A DNA stretch of 63,819 nt, the filler included, from Octopus bimaculoides (Eukaryota), in assembly GCF_001194135.2 (NCBI RefSeq). It is 8 parts of 8 records of this genome, joined end to end, with 100 filler letters (N's around TTAATTAATTAA, not from the genome) between each part and the next. Parts side by side here need not be neighbours in the genome. Positions count along the whole stretch, not along the records: positions 11,978 to 21,775 come from NC_068984.1; positions 21,876 to 46,605 come from NC_068981.1; 6 more parts are not named here. One strand, written 5' to 3'. This document shows positions 12,631-25,744 of this stretch, one piece after another (position 1 is the first letter of the stretch; each line of letters begins with the position of its first letter). The position numbers and the translations under genes were made by a program. The notes under the pieces are model-generated. The model worked only from the letters and a program-made list of their open reading frames with translations, was not told where the DNA came from and made no database searches.

Positions 12631-13793
12631 AAACAGCTAAACAATGAACAGGAAATTATGTATTTCATGAACATCTAACCATGTATATTTTAAGACACAT
12701 CATTGGATATTGTTATGAGTTGGAGACATCAGAATAGCATATTGATATTCTTAATCATATCATAGAAGCATAAAGTCCTCAAACTTACATAATAACTTTT
12801 CACTAATTCTAATTACTTTCTCTACTGTCACCAATCCCTTCCACTCTAAGCACTCATGTGAACAGCAGATGACTCTATGCGGTCATTTAACCTGCTGAAA
12901 TATACACTGAATCTATTCCAGAGAGCATCTTGTTGTTTTTAAAAAGGAAGGACATATTAAATATTGTCATCTTAGTCACACTGTTTTTCAGTAAAAGACA
13001 TGTTGGTCATAAACGTAACACATTTCAACATAGGTTTGATTATTCAGTTTAACCTACACCAGCATGGAAAATGGATGTTAAACGATGATGATGGCCTAAA
13101 GTTAAACACATCACCAATTGTAAGCACATTACCAATCTTCATTTCGACATGATTGCTGTCATCTTTCTTCTCACAAGAGATGCCTCTAGAAACCTATATG
13201 GTCTTTTGTAACTCACTGGCAATCTTTTCTTAATGCAAGTTAAAATTGCACATCTGAGCACTATAGTGAATCGTATCCTTTATCACTGCAGATTTGTATT
13301 TAATGCCAATGTTTCATGCTGTGTGAGATCACTACTGACACCCACTTCAAATAGTCTATATTTTGCACAAAGGTAGAAACACTATTACTAACAGATACAT
13401 GTGTCCCCTGGATATCTTTCACTTTATTTCTATTCCAACTTGTATCGTTATCAAACAACTAATTCTATCACAAATTATGACACTCAGGTAACAGAAATCT
13501 TCTTTTAGTAGGAAATTTCAAGCCGTTCATGGACTTCCTTCTATGGTTGTCGCTGCAAATAATAATTGTGCACATCTGTTGCACTTAAGTTCTCGTTTGT
13601 TTACAAAAGGTTTGGCAGCACCTTCTATCTACCTACCCCTTGAAATACTACACAGTACTGAACTAAAATTATAACAGTAATGAGTCATGAGAGTTAATGG
13701 TGAATACACTCAAAAGGGGACAAGGTAAAAAAATTCTGGAATGTCGAAAGTTCAAAAATGAAATGGAGATATGAAACGGATAGAGTGTGAGTA

Positions 13794-15263
13794 TGATCTT
13801 TGGTAGCTATGGTAACAACTCCAGACAAAAGTTTTGTATAGATGAACGCTCTCAATAGTTTAGATTTTAGGGCTTTTCTCAGTTCTTTGTGGTTTTCATC
13901 ACAGTTTATAATTTTGTTCCAATTGTCTTCAAATTTGGTATATGGATTAAGTTTTGTACACTAATTATGAAAATGATAATCATTTTTTCCTATAAATCCG
14001 TAATTAAAAAGTTATTAGCCTTTAAAATTTGCAAAAATTGTGGTATCTTAGCCAATCAGAAGTGAGTATTTTACATATCACTGTGGCAAAAATTTCTATT
14101 TCCATAGAAACAAAGCAAAGAAGCACCAGGTGTTGCAAAGCTGATTGTGAAGAACTGTTTCTATAGTAACCAAAGATGCTGCACATGCACACAAAGATAA
14201 TTTATTTTATAAAATCTTAGTTAAATGTTTTCACATGCTGATGCCCCCACTCCCTGCTGATACTGGAAGAGGCAGCGAATGACCTGTTTTCTGATTGGTT
14301 GAAAATTCTGAAAATTATCAAAATTTGAATACCTGTAACATTTTTGAAAAATTTTTCTATAATAAATGAATAACAAATTCAGATTCAATATCAAAAATTA
14401 CATCTATATGACACATTAAAAAAATTTTAAAAGGTAATTGTAAACAGTGATGAAAACCACAAAGATTCCTTTTCTCTGCTTTACAATTCTTAAGATATCA
14501 TTGTTACTCAAGTGAGAATGGCCTTGCAAATACCTTGTTATACATGTCCTCATTGCACTGTCAAATATATACAAAAACTACTGGTGCATAGCCGACATGA
14601 AATTATCAGACCCAAGAACAACTTGAAAAGTAAATAATTTTTGTTGGGAAAATAATCCCATGATTACACAACACTTAATGATGTTAGAAAACTTCTCAAG
14701 AGTTCCTTTTGCAAATTGAACATATAATTGAGCACAGGTTATTATACTTAATTCAGTGAACTAAAAATATTTTTGAATCAATTGTTATTAAAACTAGAAT
14801 TGATGTCATTAGCTTTATGTCTTGATACACTGTCATTAGACATGTTCTGTTAAGGTATTCTACTATGACGAAAATATATTGGGAATTGTCACCGTAGCTA
14901 CCAAACGTCAGACTCATTCCAACACTTATTTTTGTTTAATTTTTTTCCTGAATTGATGGTTTGAAGTTTTCCCCCTTGTGAGGGGAGTTTTCTTTAAAGC
15001 TTATGACATCTCATTACAGCTCTAATTACAGTTACTTAAAAATTAATTTTTCTTCAATAAAACATATTAAGTATGTTAGCTTGCATTTTATGCTGTAAGC
15101 AACCTTCATTAATTTTCCATTGTTATTTAAAATTGCTTCATTGGTGAATTATTTTTATATCAAAATCAGCATAAAATTCAAGTTTGATAGTTGTCTATTG
15201 ACTATGCTTCATGTCTAATAAGACTAAAATGTCTGGAGTTATTGCCATAGTTACCAAAGATCA
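13794..15263. mobile_element. Nested inverted-repeat (MITE-like) relics
   Basis: Outer IR 13794-13827 vs 15230-15263 (31/34 match); inner IR 13884-13913 vs 14436-14465 (28/30); third diverged outer-type copy at ~14882-14915. No TSD identified. Confidence 0.6.
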
Positions 15264-16238
15264 AACTCGTTCCCTCCCTATATCTATTTTTGCATACGGA
15301 TGTACTAGCTGAGGCCAATCTCATAATATTTGTACTCCCTGATAACTAGCTTCCTGACTACTGGACTTCAACCGCTATATCATAAAAACTATTTATATAA
15401 CAGAATTCTGGAAGCATTATTTCTCTTCATATCTTGTACTCTGAACTTAAATGTCTCTACATCAGTGTAGCCATTTTAATATTTCTTGACAGGGCCATGA
15501 AAATCCCCATTTATGATAACAATATCACAGTTATCTAGTTGTGGTATATTTTATATAAATTAAGCCTTTTGCTAGTCCATTAATCCAAAATTTGTGATTA
15601 AATGGAGATTACAAATACTTTTATATTATCAGTCACTAATCTAACTTTCATTATTCTGTTGTTTAATCTTAGCTATTACAATTAAGCTATTCACCCACTT
15701 ATTTATTAAGAATATACTAATACCTAAACTACATGCTAACAAAAGAGCTTCTACATAATTGTACAACACACTAAAATAAGCAGCCAAATCTCCTTCACAT
15801 TTGACTGTATTGTCAACTATATCCTGCCATAAGTGAGCATGATTAGAGTTAATTTGAAACAACACAAGAACAATAATAACCTACATCATAATACCAAGTA
15901 AACCTTAAAATATTGTAGTTTTAATCAGGATGTTGATAAATTAACTTTGTAAAAGTAAAAAATCCGTTGATAGCAAAATGAGTTTATACATTTGTAAAAC
16001 ACAGTAAAACTTTAGGAGATATGTGCAATCAGCTAAAATTGCCCCTAATATATTCACGGTGCTTGTATCAACCCTTTGAGGTTAGAAGTTAGGTTGACTT
16101 AGCAGCATTTGAAATTTATTCTAACATTCTAAAAATTTATTCTAAAAATTCATTCTAACATTCTATCATTTCTACTATTCAAATGCTTTTGACATTGATA
16201 ATAACAACAACACAGTAATAATAGTAATGATCATAATT

Positions 16239-16239
<1 letters not shown>

Positions 16240-16297
<58 letters not shown>

Positions 16298-16370
16298 AAT
16301 AATAATGTTAATATTATTATTAATAATAATAATGTTAATAATTATTATAATAATGATAATTGTAGTAATA
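16240..16370. repeat. (AAT)n microsatellite
   Basis: Directly visible. Confidence 0.95.
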
Positions 16371-16644
16371 ATGTGAACATCATTTTCTGAAATAACTGAA
16401 TAAGATTTTTAATCTGTAGCAAAATGAAATCTTTGCGAATGCTTCCTTAGATCAAATATTTAGGCTTGCCATTGTTACAGTTGTTGGAATAAATCAGAGA
16501 TTTTCGGTGTGGCTAGGTAGGGGCAAGTATTCATTTCTGTCAGTAGGTGACAGGTCAAAGAACATTTAAACATCTCCAATGAAACTAAATAGGCTTTACT
16601 GGAGAGGAACAAGCTATTTTGAATGTCTTAATATATACATATAC

Positions 16645-16705
<61 letters not shown>

Positions 16706-19700
16706 CAAACAGACATACACACATAAACGTACAATCATTTATTGATTTATTGCGAAGAGTTGTTGCTTTTGTTTGTTTTACATATATGTTTGCTTGTATG
16801 GTTATACATACACATATTCATTCATATATATATATATATACATACACATATATATATATATACATATGTGTATGTATGTGTATGTATATTAAAACATATT
16901 GGCATCGAACTACCATTAGACTAATGGCAGTTATTGAAATTTAGAGGTGAAGGAGTTTCATATTTTTATTAATTTTTTTTTAGTTATTTTTTAAAAATTT
17001 ATTTATAAAATAAAGCAGAGAAAGTTTGGAAATCTCGGCTCTAATAATATCTCTTTCCAAAAGGAAGGAACTTTTAATTTTCTTTTTTTTTTTCTCTTTA
17101 TTATTTTATTCTTTTCTTTTCTTTACATTTAATCAGTTTTGTAATACATAGTGTTTGTCTTCCTCCACTCTTGCACTTTCTCTCTCTCTATATAAGTATA
17201 TTTGTGATTATGTATGTTTATTTTATCTTCCGTGATGCACATACATATGTAAATGTATGTGTCATTGATCTCTATATCATGCTCTGTTTATGATAATGTT
17301 TGGAGGCCAAATGTTGTTAGCTGCATAAGGTGAATGCAGGTTTGTTTAAAGATAGTAAGGTTACTGAAATCAAAATGAAATTATAAAATATAAAGGGTAT
17401 ACTCTTGTTTTTACTGAGTATAGAGTCACTTGCATTTAAATCCTTTTGAACTTCAAACAGGTGATCAGATTGATTTGTTAAAAAGAATTAAGCCAAAGAT
17501 AAAGATTATCTGAATATCATTCAGAACATTCAATGTTTATATACTTTTCTTACTTTTAACAATTCCTTTGGTGTGTGACATGTATGTTTTGGATATGTGT
17601 TTGTGCACGAGCTATTTATTCTATGATAATTAGTGTTCATTTCTTCTTTTTTTCCAGTCTAGAATAACACCAAATTATTAGAATATATCTGGTAATATAT
17701 GCATGTATGTGTACTTGAGCTGCTTTTGTGTTTTTCTGATGTCTTTTATTTTGTAATTCATGACTGTTTGAATGTTTTTTTAATGCATTTAAAAAAACAA
17801 TTTTCATTATTTAACATATTTATTATTATTTTTTTTTTTTTTTGTAGTGGGTAGAGGGTGATTTAATTTTCCATATCCTTGCTGTTGTTGCTATTTCCCA
17901 ATGTCTGTTAATTTCTGATCTGAATCAACATTGTTATTGCTGTCATAGTAAGTTACTGACCATCCCAATCCATCTCCTCTCCTTCCTCCTCTTTCAACAT
18001 TTTTCAGTCCATGTTACATTGACTTGTTGCTATCAGGAGTTTCCTTGTTGAGATGAAATTTCCTCTATTGCTTCTTGAGAATCACCATTTCCATAACTGA
18101 TGCCATTATTTATATATTTATATATTCATTTATTTAAACACTTTTTTTCTCCAAATAATATCAGCATTGTAATTTTTTTTATTGAAAGCAAGCTGCAAAT
18201 GTTTTTATCAGGTTCATGAGAGTACAATGAGTTTTGCTGTTCATTTTTTTTCTTTTTTGTTTGTACTTTTTGTTTGTTTTTAATAGTTTAAGAAGAAGAA
18301 AAGGGGAAAATGTTTTTGGAAATTTTCTTTCCAAAATGTTCAGTCTTTGAGAAAGATTTTTGAAAAATGTCTTCAGGATAACTACAAATAACACAATAAA
18401 ATAAAATAAAATAAAATAATGATATAAAATAGAATATTAAAGAAGTAACTATATTTTTAATAAAACCTGAAATCTAGATATTTTTTATTGCCTAAAATCA
18501 TTTACTAAATCTACTTTTTGTTTTTATTAAATTTATTTTTTCTTCGGTGTGTATATGTGTTAATGTGAATGTGAGATATCTGTTGTTTTAAAAATATTTT
18601 GATATGATTGTATTTTCTTGATGGTTTTCATTTCCTGCAGTGATTTTGTTTCTATAATTTTTGTGGAAATGTTATCAATTCAAGAAGAATCAAAATTATT
18701 ATTAGGTTGATGTGGACAATCTGTGATGAAATTCAATTTGGGTGAGCAGTGTGTTTATATTGAATTCTAGTTCTAATTAATCAGATTGTGCCAAAATTCA
18801 AAAGGCATAGACTATTAAAGAAAGTTATATAAAAAAAACAGCTCAATTCAATTGAAAATAAAATTAAAGTATAAAAAATGGTAATCATTTTGCCCCCACC
18901 ACAGACAAGAAAAATAGAAAAGCTAACACAAAAAAAATGGCAGCAAAAAAGAAAGCAAATGTTTGTTTAGAATTTCTTGATTAGAAAACCAAGTACAGAA
19001 TATGTGCAACAATATTTAAGATATGCTTTAATGGTAGACTTGGCATAGTTGGTAATGAGCTTAGCAGGTGTTAATGATATGTGATAGTCAGTACCTTTCT
19101 ACATTGTAGGTTCAAATCCTGTTGTCTCATTTAATTTCATTTCCATCCTGCCCTTGAAAATTCAAATTAGAATCAGATACCTAGACTCATCTCGTCCAAT
19201 ACAGTTTCATGTTAGATCAAAGAAATCAATGTAATAAAACTTTTCTTTATAAGACCAATAAAATATTCTGGGTATTATATGAAATTTATAATGCTTCTAT
19301 TCAATTTGTAGTTTCTTCATTCTATCCTTATCAAAGCAGTGAAAGTAAATGCTATTCTTAACAACTGTGAGTACAATACTTCTCTTCGTAAGAAAAATTC
19401 AAGTCCTGTTAGCTTTAGAGTTGGTTATTCTTTGACAATATAATTGTATATTTATAGAGTAAAGTTTGATGAACATTATTATTGTCATTTCTAGTGTGAG
19501 GTGTGTAATGCAATTTGGATATGGCATTACAAGACAGCTAATAAATTAGTGGTATGGTAAAATATTATACAATCCTGGAGAAATACAGTAACTGTTTGTA
19601 TCTAAAACTTGGGAAAGTTTTAAGTTATCTTTTAAATATTCATGGGAACAATGACCAAAGCAGTAAATGAGAGCACATATAGTACATTGCTTGTAAATTT

Positions 19701-19813
19701 GCATCATACTGCATCTGTATTTTTGAAGATGTCTATCTCAATGCAAATTCTTAATTTTCATGCAACAAAAAATATTTATGTATATTTTGCAAATCTTCAT
19801 TGTGATAGTAATG

Positions 19814-19865
<52 letters not shown>

Positions 19866-19959
19866 TAATAATATAAAATAATATATACTATCTAACAATA
19901 TGCTAATAAAAATTATATATTATTGTTCTTATTGTTATTATGGGAATGGGTGTGAAGGA

Positions 19960-20110
19960 TAAAATAGATTTAAGTGCCTTCCAATGCTTAGTCAGGTTCC
20001 TTTAAATTCTGTGTCCAAATCTCAATGGGGTTGATTTTACCTTTCATCTTTCCGGAGTCAATAAAATTAGTACTAGTCAAGTACCAGGGTTGATATTTGT
20101 AGCTTGAGCC
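19960..20110 (+). mobile_element. Old SINE (family C, as 23077-23310), CpG-decayed
   Basis: GGGGTTGATTTTACCTTTCATCTTTCCGGAGTCAATAAAATTAGTACTAG...GGGTTGAT vs GAGGTCGACTTTGCCTTTCATCCTTTCGGGGTCGATAAATTAAGTACCAG...GGGTCGAT. Confidence 0.75.
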
Positions 20111-21430
20111 TGCTACACAAATCATTCTTATTATACTTATTGTGTACACTTTGCTTAAACTGATAAATTTTAATGCTTATATCATAAGAAATTTTTTAAA
20201 TAATATTTTGCTATACATATTCATACACACACACACACATATATATATATATAAATGTGTGTGTGTGTATACATATGTTTATATAAATATGTACACACAT
20301 ATGCATATATCATTTTACAAAAGAAACATAAGGTTTAATGAAGGAAGTCATCTGGCTGTAAAATATATTGCCTCAATATTATATTTAACCAATGAATGAT
20401 GGCAAAATGAACATAGAAACCCAATGAATGAATCTGCATATGTATGATTAAGTGTGTGAGTGTATACACACATGTACACACACATACACACAAAGAAAGT
20501 AAATTAGTAAAAGTTTTGAGAGAATGCTCTACATAAAGACAGACTTGTGGCTATTTTTTAAATGTAATTCTATTTATATTTATTGATAAACAGATATTTA
20601 CCAATATCTAACATCATCTGAAATGTGACATACTTTAATATACCCTGTTATGCTTTCATATTCATCAGAAAAATTTGTAGAGATTTTAGCTCAATCTAGA
20701 ACACCATTAGAATCAATCAGAAATAATAGAGCTAGCCATACGCTGGTGTCAGTTCAAATAGATCAATATATAATATGTAGCTCTATATGAATACAGGAAA
20801 TGAATATTTATTGTCTATATACATATATATTGACAGATAAATAAAGTGATAGATAGATAGATAAGTAGATAGATAGATAAATAAATAGATAGATAGATAG
20901 AATAGATAGATAGATAGATACACTCAGACACAGAAAAACAGACAGACAGACAGAAAGACAATTAGATACACACACACAAACACACACACACACACACACA
21001 TTTACATAATAATCTTCACCCTCTTCATTGTCTATCCTTTCCCATGCTTCCATGGATCAAACAGGAGTATGCTGAGGCATAAATTTCTACAACCAGATGC
21101 CCTTCCAGATTCCACCTCTCCCTTGTTTCAAAACAAGGTAAAATCTCCCCCATCTATCAAACAATGGATAACCTGGACAAGTTTATACAGAGAACTAGAA
21201 ACAAATGATGAATTATTGTGTAAGCAGTTCATTTACAAAAATCATGCAAGATATCAAGAGTGGGAGGATACTTGGATATGATTCCACTGTCCACTGCAAG
21301 CATTTATTTATAACAACTAAATGCACATGGAAATAACAGGACATACAAATATATGCATGCCTGTAGACATGCATGCTAATACATATATATATATATATAT
21401 ATATACCCATGCTAACATGGAACATGAATG

Positions 21431-21466
<36 letters not shown>

Positions 21467-21985
21467 ATATGTGCGTGCATACTGATATGTATAGATATCG
21501 AATAATTACTATGAAGCATTGTGTAGAATATATTGTATGAAAGATTGTGGTGGGTAAGGCCAGAACAATGCGAAGTAAATGCAAGGTAAATCACAAGAAA
21601 ACAAATATATGAATTAACATAGACTTACCTTGCATTCAATATTTCGGGGTTATGACCCCGTTTTCAAGAAATTAATGAATGTTGCTGATGTGCGTGTGTG
21701 TGAGCATGTGTGGAAAGGTGTTGCTATAGCAACCAGCCAGCTTCCTGTAATTCCTGTAATTCAAGAGAAAGGAAGNNNNNNNNNNNNNNNNNNNNNNNNN
21801 NNNNNNNNNNNNNNNNNNNTTAATTAATTAANNNNNNNNNNNNNNNNNNNNNNNNNNNNNNNNNNNNNNNNNNNNAACTGAAAATCTCTCCCAACAAAAC
21901 CCTTCTTTAATAATCAGAGATGTTTTCATAGTAACATATATGAGAATGTGTCCATCCATCCATCCATCCATCCATCCATCCATCC

Positions 21986-22049
<64 letters not shown>

Positions 22050-22329
22050 CTACACACACATTAATAATAGACAGAAATTACAGAGTAACAATGGTCAAAT
22101 TCGTGTTTGATAAGTGCCAATACACGAAACTCTCAGCTTTTGACTTACTCTCTAACTTATATATATATACATAGATATATGAGTAAAAAAATCTCATCAC
22201 ACAATCGAACCAATGAAAGAGCCTGTATCTGGTCGCTCGACACGCTAAAAATAGCAGCCAAAGTATCCCCCTACCTAAATCACACGCCCATTGTACGTAA
22301 TGTCCTAGATTATCCCTAAAAAGACGGTT

Positions 22330-23645
22330 TGCTGAAGGCTGGAATGTCTTCGATGATAGGTTTGGTGTATCAGTGTTGATTTGAGGCTAAATAACAACAA
22401 AATTATTACTGAAGCAGACCAACGACGGAGCTTTTATGTGATTGCATGACCTGCTAGAAAAAGTAGCCAAACTTTCCATATGTTCGCTCAATGGAATTTT
22501 GCGAGCATTACTGTTCTGGATTTGTTGTGTGTGGACTTGTGAGCGTTCCGATAATGCGTTCCCTGTCTCGCCAATAGACAGTTCCTCGCAATTAGGGCAT
22601 TTAATACAGTAGATCAAATTTCTGCTTTTGTAGTTCATATCTGCATTTGTGAAAATCTGTCCATTTTTAAAATTCTAATGGATTTACCAGTATGCGTGTA
22701 TTGACACGTTCCATATCTGTTATCATTACACTTAGATATTGTGAATGTTTCATTCCGTTTGTTCATGTTGAATTTTGACTTTGTTAATAATTTCTTTAGG
22801 TTATGGGATTGCCTTTTGTTTAAGATAAGTGTTTGATTCGTTATTATGTTGTTTTAAAATTTTTCACTTTGTTTCATGATTTGAAAATTTGTTTTGGTGA
22901 TGTTAAAAATGTTCTGGTGATGCGAATTGTGTTACTAGAAATGGTATTGTGTTCCGTTGTTGAGTTCGTCTCTCTCGTGTTGCCCTAAGTTGTTCTATAG
23001 ATATCTCTTTTGCTCGTTGTATGCTATTTTCTATAACTAGGAGAAGGTGTTTTTGCTTGAGCAGAAATCTCTTTAGGCGGAGAGCTGGCAGAAACGTTAG
23101 CACGCCGGGCAAAATGCTTAGCGGTATTTCGTCTGCCGTTACGTTCTGAGTTCAAATTCCGCCGAGGTCGACTTTGCCTTTCATCCTTTCGGGGTCGATA
23201 AATTAAGTACCAGTTACGCACTAGGGTCGATGTAATCGACTTGATTCCTTTATCTGTCCTTGTTTGTTCCCTCTGTGTTTGGCCCCCTGTGGGCAATAAA
23301 GAAATAATAAATCGCTTCAGCTCTATACGTTGTATGTTCCTGGTATTTGCATCATCTACTATAGTACAAATTTTCCTAGCAAGACAGAACGGGATGTTGC
23401 GTTTTCTGTGTGTTGGGTGGAATGATTTGAAATTTAGGTACTGGTGTGTATCTGCGCTTTTGTAATAAATATCAGTTGTGATTATGGTGCTGTTTTTAAT
23501 TACCATTATGTTAAGAAGTGGTAATTGTGTGTTGCTAATTTCCGTTGTGAATTTAAGGCCAGGGTGTAGTTTGTGGAAGAGGGTGTTGAATTCTTCCAGA
23601 TTTTTTAGGGATTTGGTCCAAATTAGGAACCAATGATCGAGGTAT
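22330..23645 (-). mobile_element. Penelope-like element remnant (Neptune-type): RT motif C, thumb, Zn-linker, GIY-YIG
   Basis: YLD(H)WFLIWTKS at ~23645; TDIYYKSADTHQYLNFKSFHPTH..RNIPFCLARKICTIV (ORF 23024-23506); linker KCNDNRYGTC; NLIYCIKCPNCEELSIGETGNALSER..H (ORF 22387-22638). Frameshifted and interrupted by a SINE. Confidence 0.88.
23077..23310 (+). mobile_element. tRNA-derived SINE (family C) inserted in the PLE RT thumb, with 12-bp TSD
   Basis: Head GGCGGAGAGCTGGCAGAAACGTTAG...GAGTTCAAATTCC, core GACTTTGCCTTTCATCCTTTCGGGGTCGATAAA. Flanks AAATCTCTTTAG (23065-76) and AAATCGCTTCAG (23309-20) match 10/12 and duplicate PLE codons L-K-R-F. Confidence 0.88.
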
Positions 23646-23890
23646 GGGGGACGTGATTTGCTCCAGTTTTTGCAAACTGAATATGGGATACTTGGGACAA
23701 AACCTGTATCAAAAAATTGGAGAAAACTACGGCATGACCTTTAGAAGACATATAGAGGGCGGATGGAAAAGATACCTCGATGATTGTTTCCTAATTTAGA
23801 CAAAATTCCTAGAAAATCTGGAAAAATTCAGCACACTTCTCAACAGTCTACACTCTAGTCTCAAATTCACAAGAAAAATGAGCAACATAA
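23644..23890 (+). pseudogene. Inverted PLE RT fragment (motif B to motif C)
   Basis: MGT*FAPVFAN / MGYLGQNLYQKIGENYG...GWKRYLDDCFLI*TKFLENLEKFSTLLNSLHSSLKFT; directly abuts the minus-strand copy. Confidence 0.85.
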
Positions 23891-25114
23891 GGGAAAGATA
23901 GTTTAGCTTGCTGTGCTCGAATCCCGTAAATATTATGAGATCAGTGCTTTTAGTGGCTTTCAGTGTTAGCTTTTGACTCACATTTCTAGCAACACCGGTG
24001 TATGCCTCTCTTCCTTGATTCAATAAGAAGAAACTATGCATTCACCAACATCTGCACATACGCGTATCAACAATTTCAAATTCTTGAAATCTGGAACCTA
24101 AGGAATATAGTATAAATATAATAATCCTAAAGCCCAGAAATTTTCGAGTCTCTCCTTTCTGGTTGCTGCAACAGTTGGAAAGCTTAATTGAGCAAATTTC
24201 AACTGTCAAGATGCTCATCGGTAGATATTAACGAGTGCATCCAATAATTTCCAGTTTACTTGTTTTTATTGTTCTAATTTTTTGTTGTTGTTTTTCCTCA
24301 GGTCTCCCTGTTCGTGCAGTCTTATTGCATAAAGATTCTCGAACGAACGACGAGGCATAGGTCACAGAGCAATCTTTTCAGTACTTCGTATCCATCTAGC
24401 TGAGATCTACATTGCACATCCCGACATGTAGTGCTGAATCGTATGGTGAGTAGTGTGACAATCAGGCTATGTTGCAATGTCTCTACTGCCCGGTCTATTT
24501 CTGTAAGCCTATAGATTTTAGTAGTGGTTACAGAGTGGGCAAGCTAAGAAGACTCCGTTATAGCATGTTATTTGCTATGCATCTGCGGTTAATGTTGCAG
24601 GTGCATTTCAGTACATTGTCGGGAATTAACAAGGCTATTAAAGCTATGAATATTTTCTGAGGGTATATTTTTATGTTTAGCACGACTGATTGTGAGAGAC
24701 AGTGTTTTAAAACGTTGTCGCGCTACGTTCTCTGAGGTGTTGTATATATTGTTGTTTGTAAGTTATTTGTTGTGCATTAAATGGATCACGGGGAGTTGAA
24801 GTTTTCTACGGTAACAATGTATGTCTCACACACGTCCAAATAGTGTTTTATTTCCTTGTGTATTAAATCTCGGAATACAGTCTGTGTACAACTTGCTATA
24901 GTGCAGATATCGCTCTTCTGTGTTCTTCGCAAACTACGTGAGTCTTTGTGGAAGTGTTGGAGCTCATAGAGGACTAACGTAATCCATAATGGGTCAAATG
25001 AAATATTTTTACATCGTTGCTGTTGTTTCTTCTGTTATCCAACCGTAGTAATTGGGAAATATATTTCTAATCCATTTTGTTTTTTTACTATGTATTCTGG
25101 GTATGTTATGAATG

Positions 25115-25744
25115 GGATCTTTTTTGAAACGGGGGCCACATTTTTCATTAACGAAACACTCTTTTTTAAAACGGGGGCCACATTTTTCATTAACGAAACA
25201 CTTTGAAACTTGGAACACTGGTAGAATGTGTCATATAAAACATCTTTTTCTCTTAGTCTTCTTAAAAAAAAAAAAGAAATCCATAAGTTATTCCATGTTA
25301 AAGTTGTCGTATTTCTGTAATTTCAACCAATCACTGACGTCCATTCAGCCGATATACATTAAGTGCCGACTACATAAACAAACGATTCTGAAACAATTAA
25401 CCCTAACCCTAACCCTAACCCTAGGGTTAGGGTTAGGGTTAGGGTTAGGGTTAAAGCAAATTTAAAATGAAAAAAGCAAATAAAACGAAGGTATGGAGAT
25501 TAAATACGCTTTACATCGCTTAATCAGCCAAAGGAGTAAATGTAAACAACTGAATACTTGTCAGTGATTGGTTGAAATTATCGAAACAAGACAATTTTTT
25601 ACATGAAATAAATTCGAATACAAAAATATTTTTCTGTTCTATAACACAAAATAGATAAGTATACGAAGTTTGAAAGTCTTTCCGTACCAAAAACACTACG
25701 TAAAACATTAATGAAAAATGTGGCCCCCGTTTTAAAATAGATCC
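25115..25744. mobile_element. 630-bp non-autonomous TIR element (MITE), 8-bp TSD, GG-terminal TIRs (Merlin-like by inference), central telomeric palindrome
   Basis: TSD TATGAATG at 25107-14 and 25745-52. TIR GGATCTTTTTTGAAACGGGGGCCACATTTTTCATTAA vs right end, 35/37 match. Inner IR TTTCAACCAATCACTGAC / GTCAGTGATTGGTTGAAA. Tandem duplication of the ~42-bp TIR-containing unit at the left end. Confidence 0.92.
25398..25453. repeat. (TAACCC)4-TA-(GGGTTA)5 telomere-repeat palindrome
   Basis: Directly visible; centre CCCTAGGG at ~25422. Confidence 0.97.

Noticed and set aside
14518-14630. MALQIPCYTCPHCTVKYIQKLLVHSRH as a C2H2 finger
   Set aside because: Cys-His spacing is 9 rather than 12, there is a single unit and no linker; probably chance.
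17461-17513. Possible plus-strand terminal exon (G)DQIDLLKRIKPKIKII* followed by T-rich UTR-like sequence
   Set aside because: Too short to assess; acceptor-like sites arise by chance in this T-rich stretch.
25398-25453. Telomere-telomere fusion scar
   Set aside because: Orientation is (CCCTAA)n then (TTAGGG)n, opposite to a fusion, and it lies inside a TIR element with a TSD.
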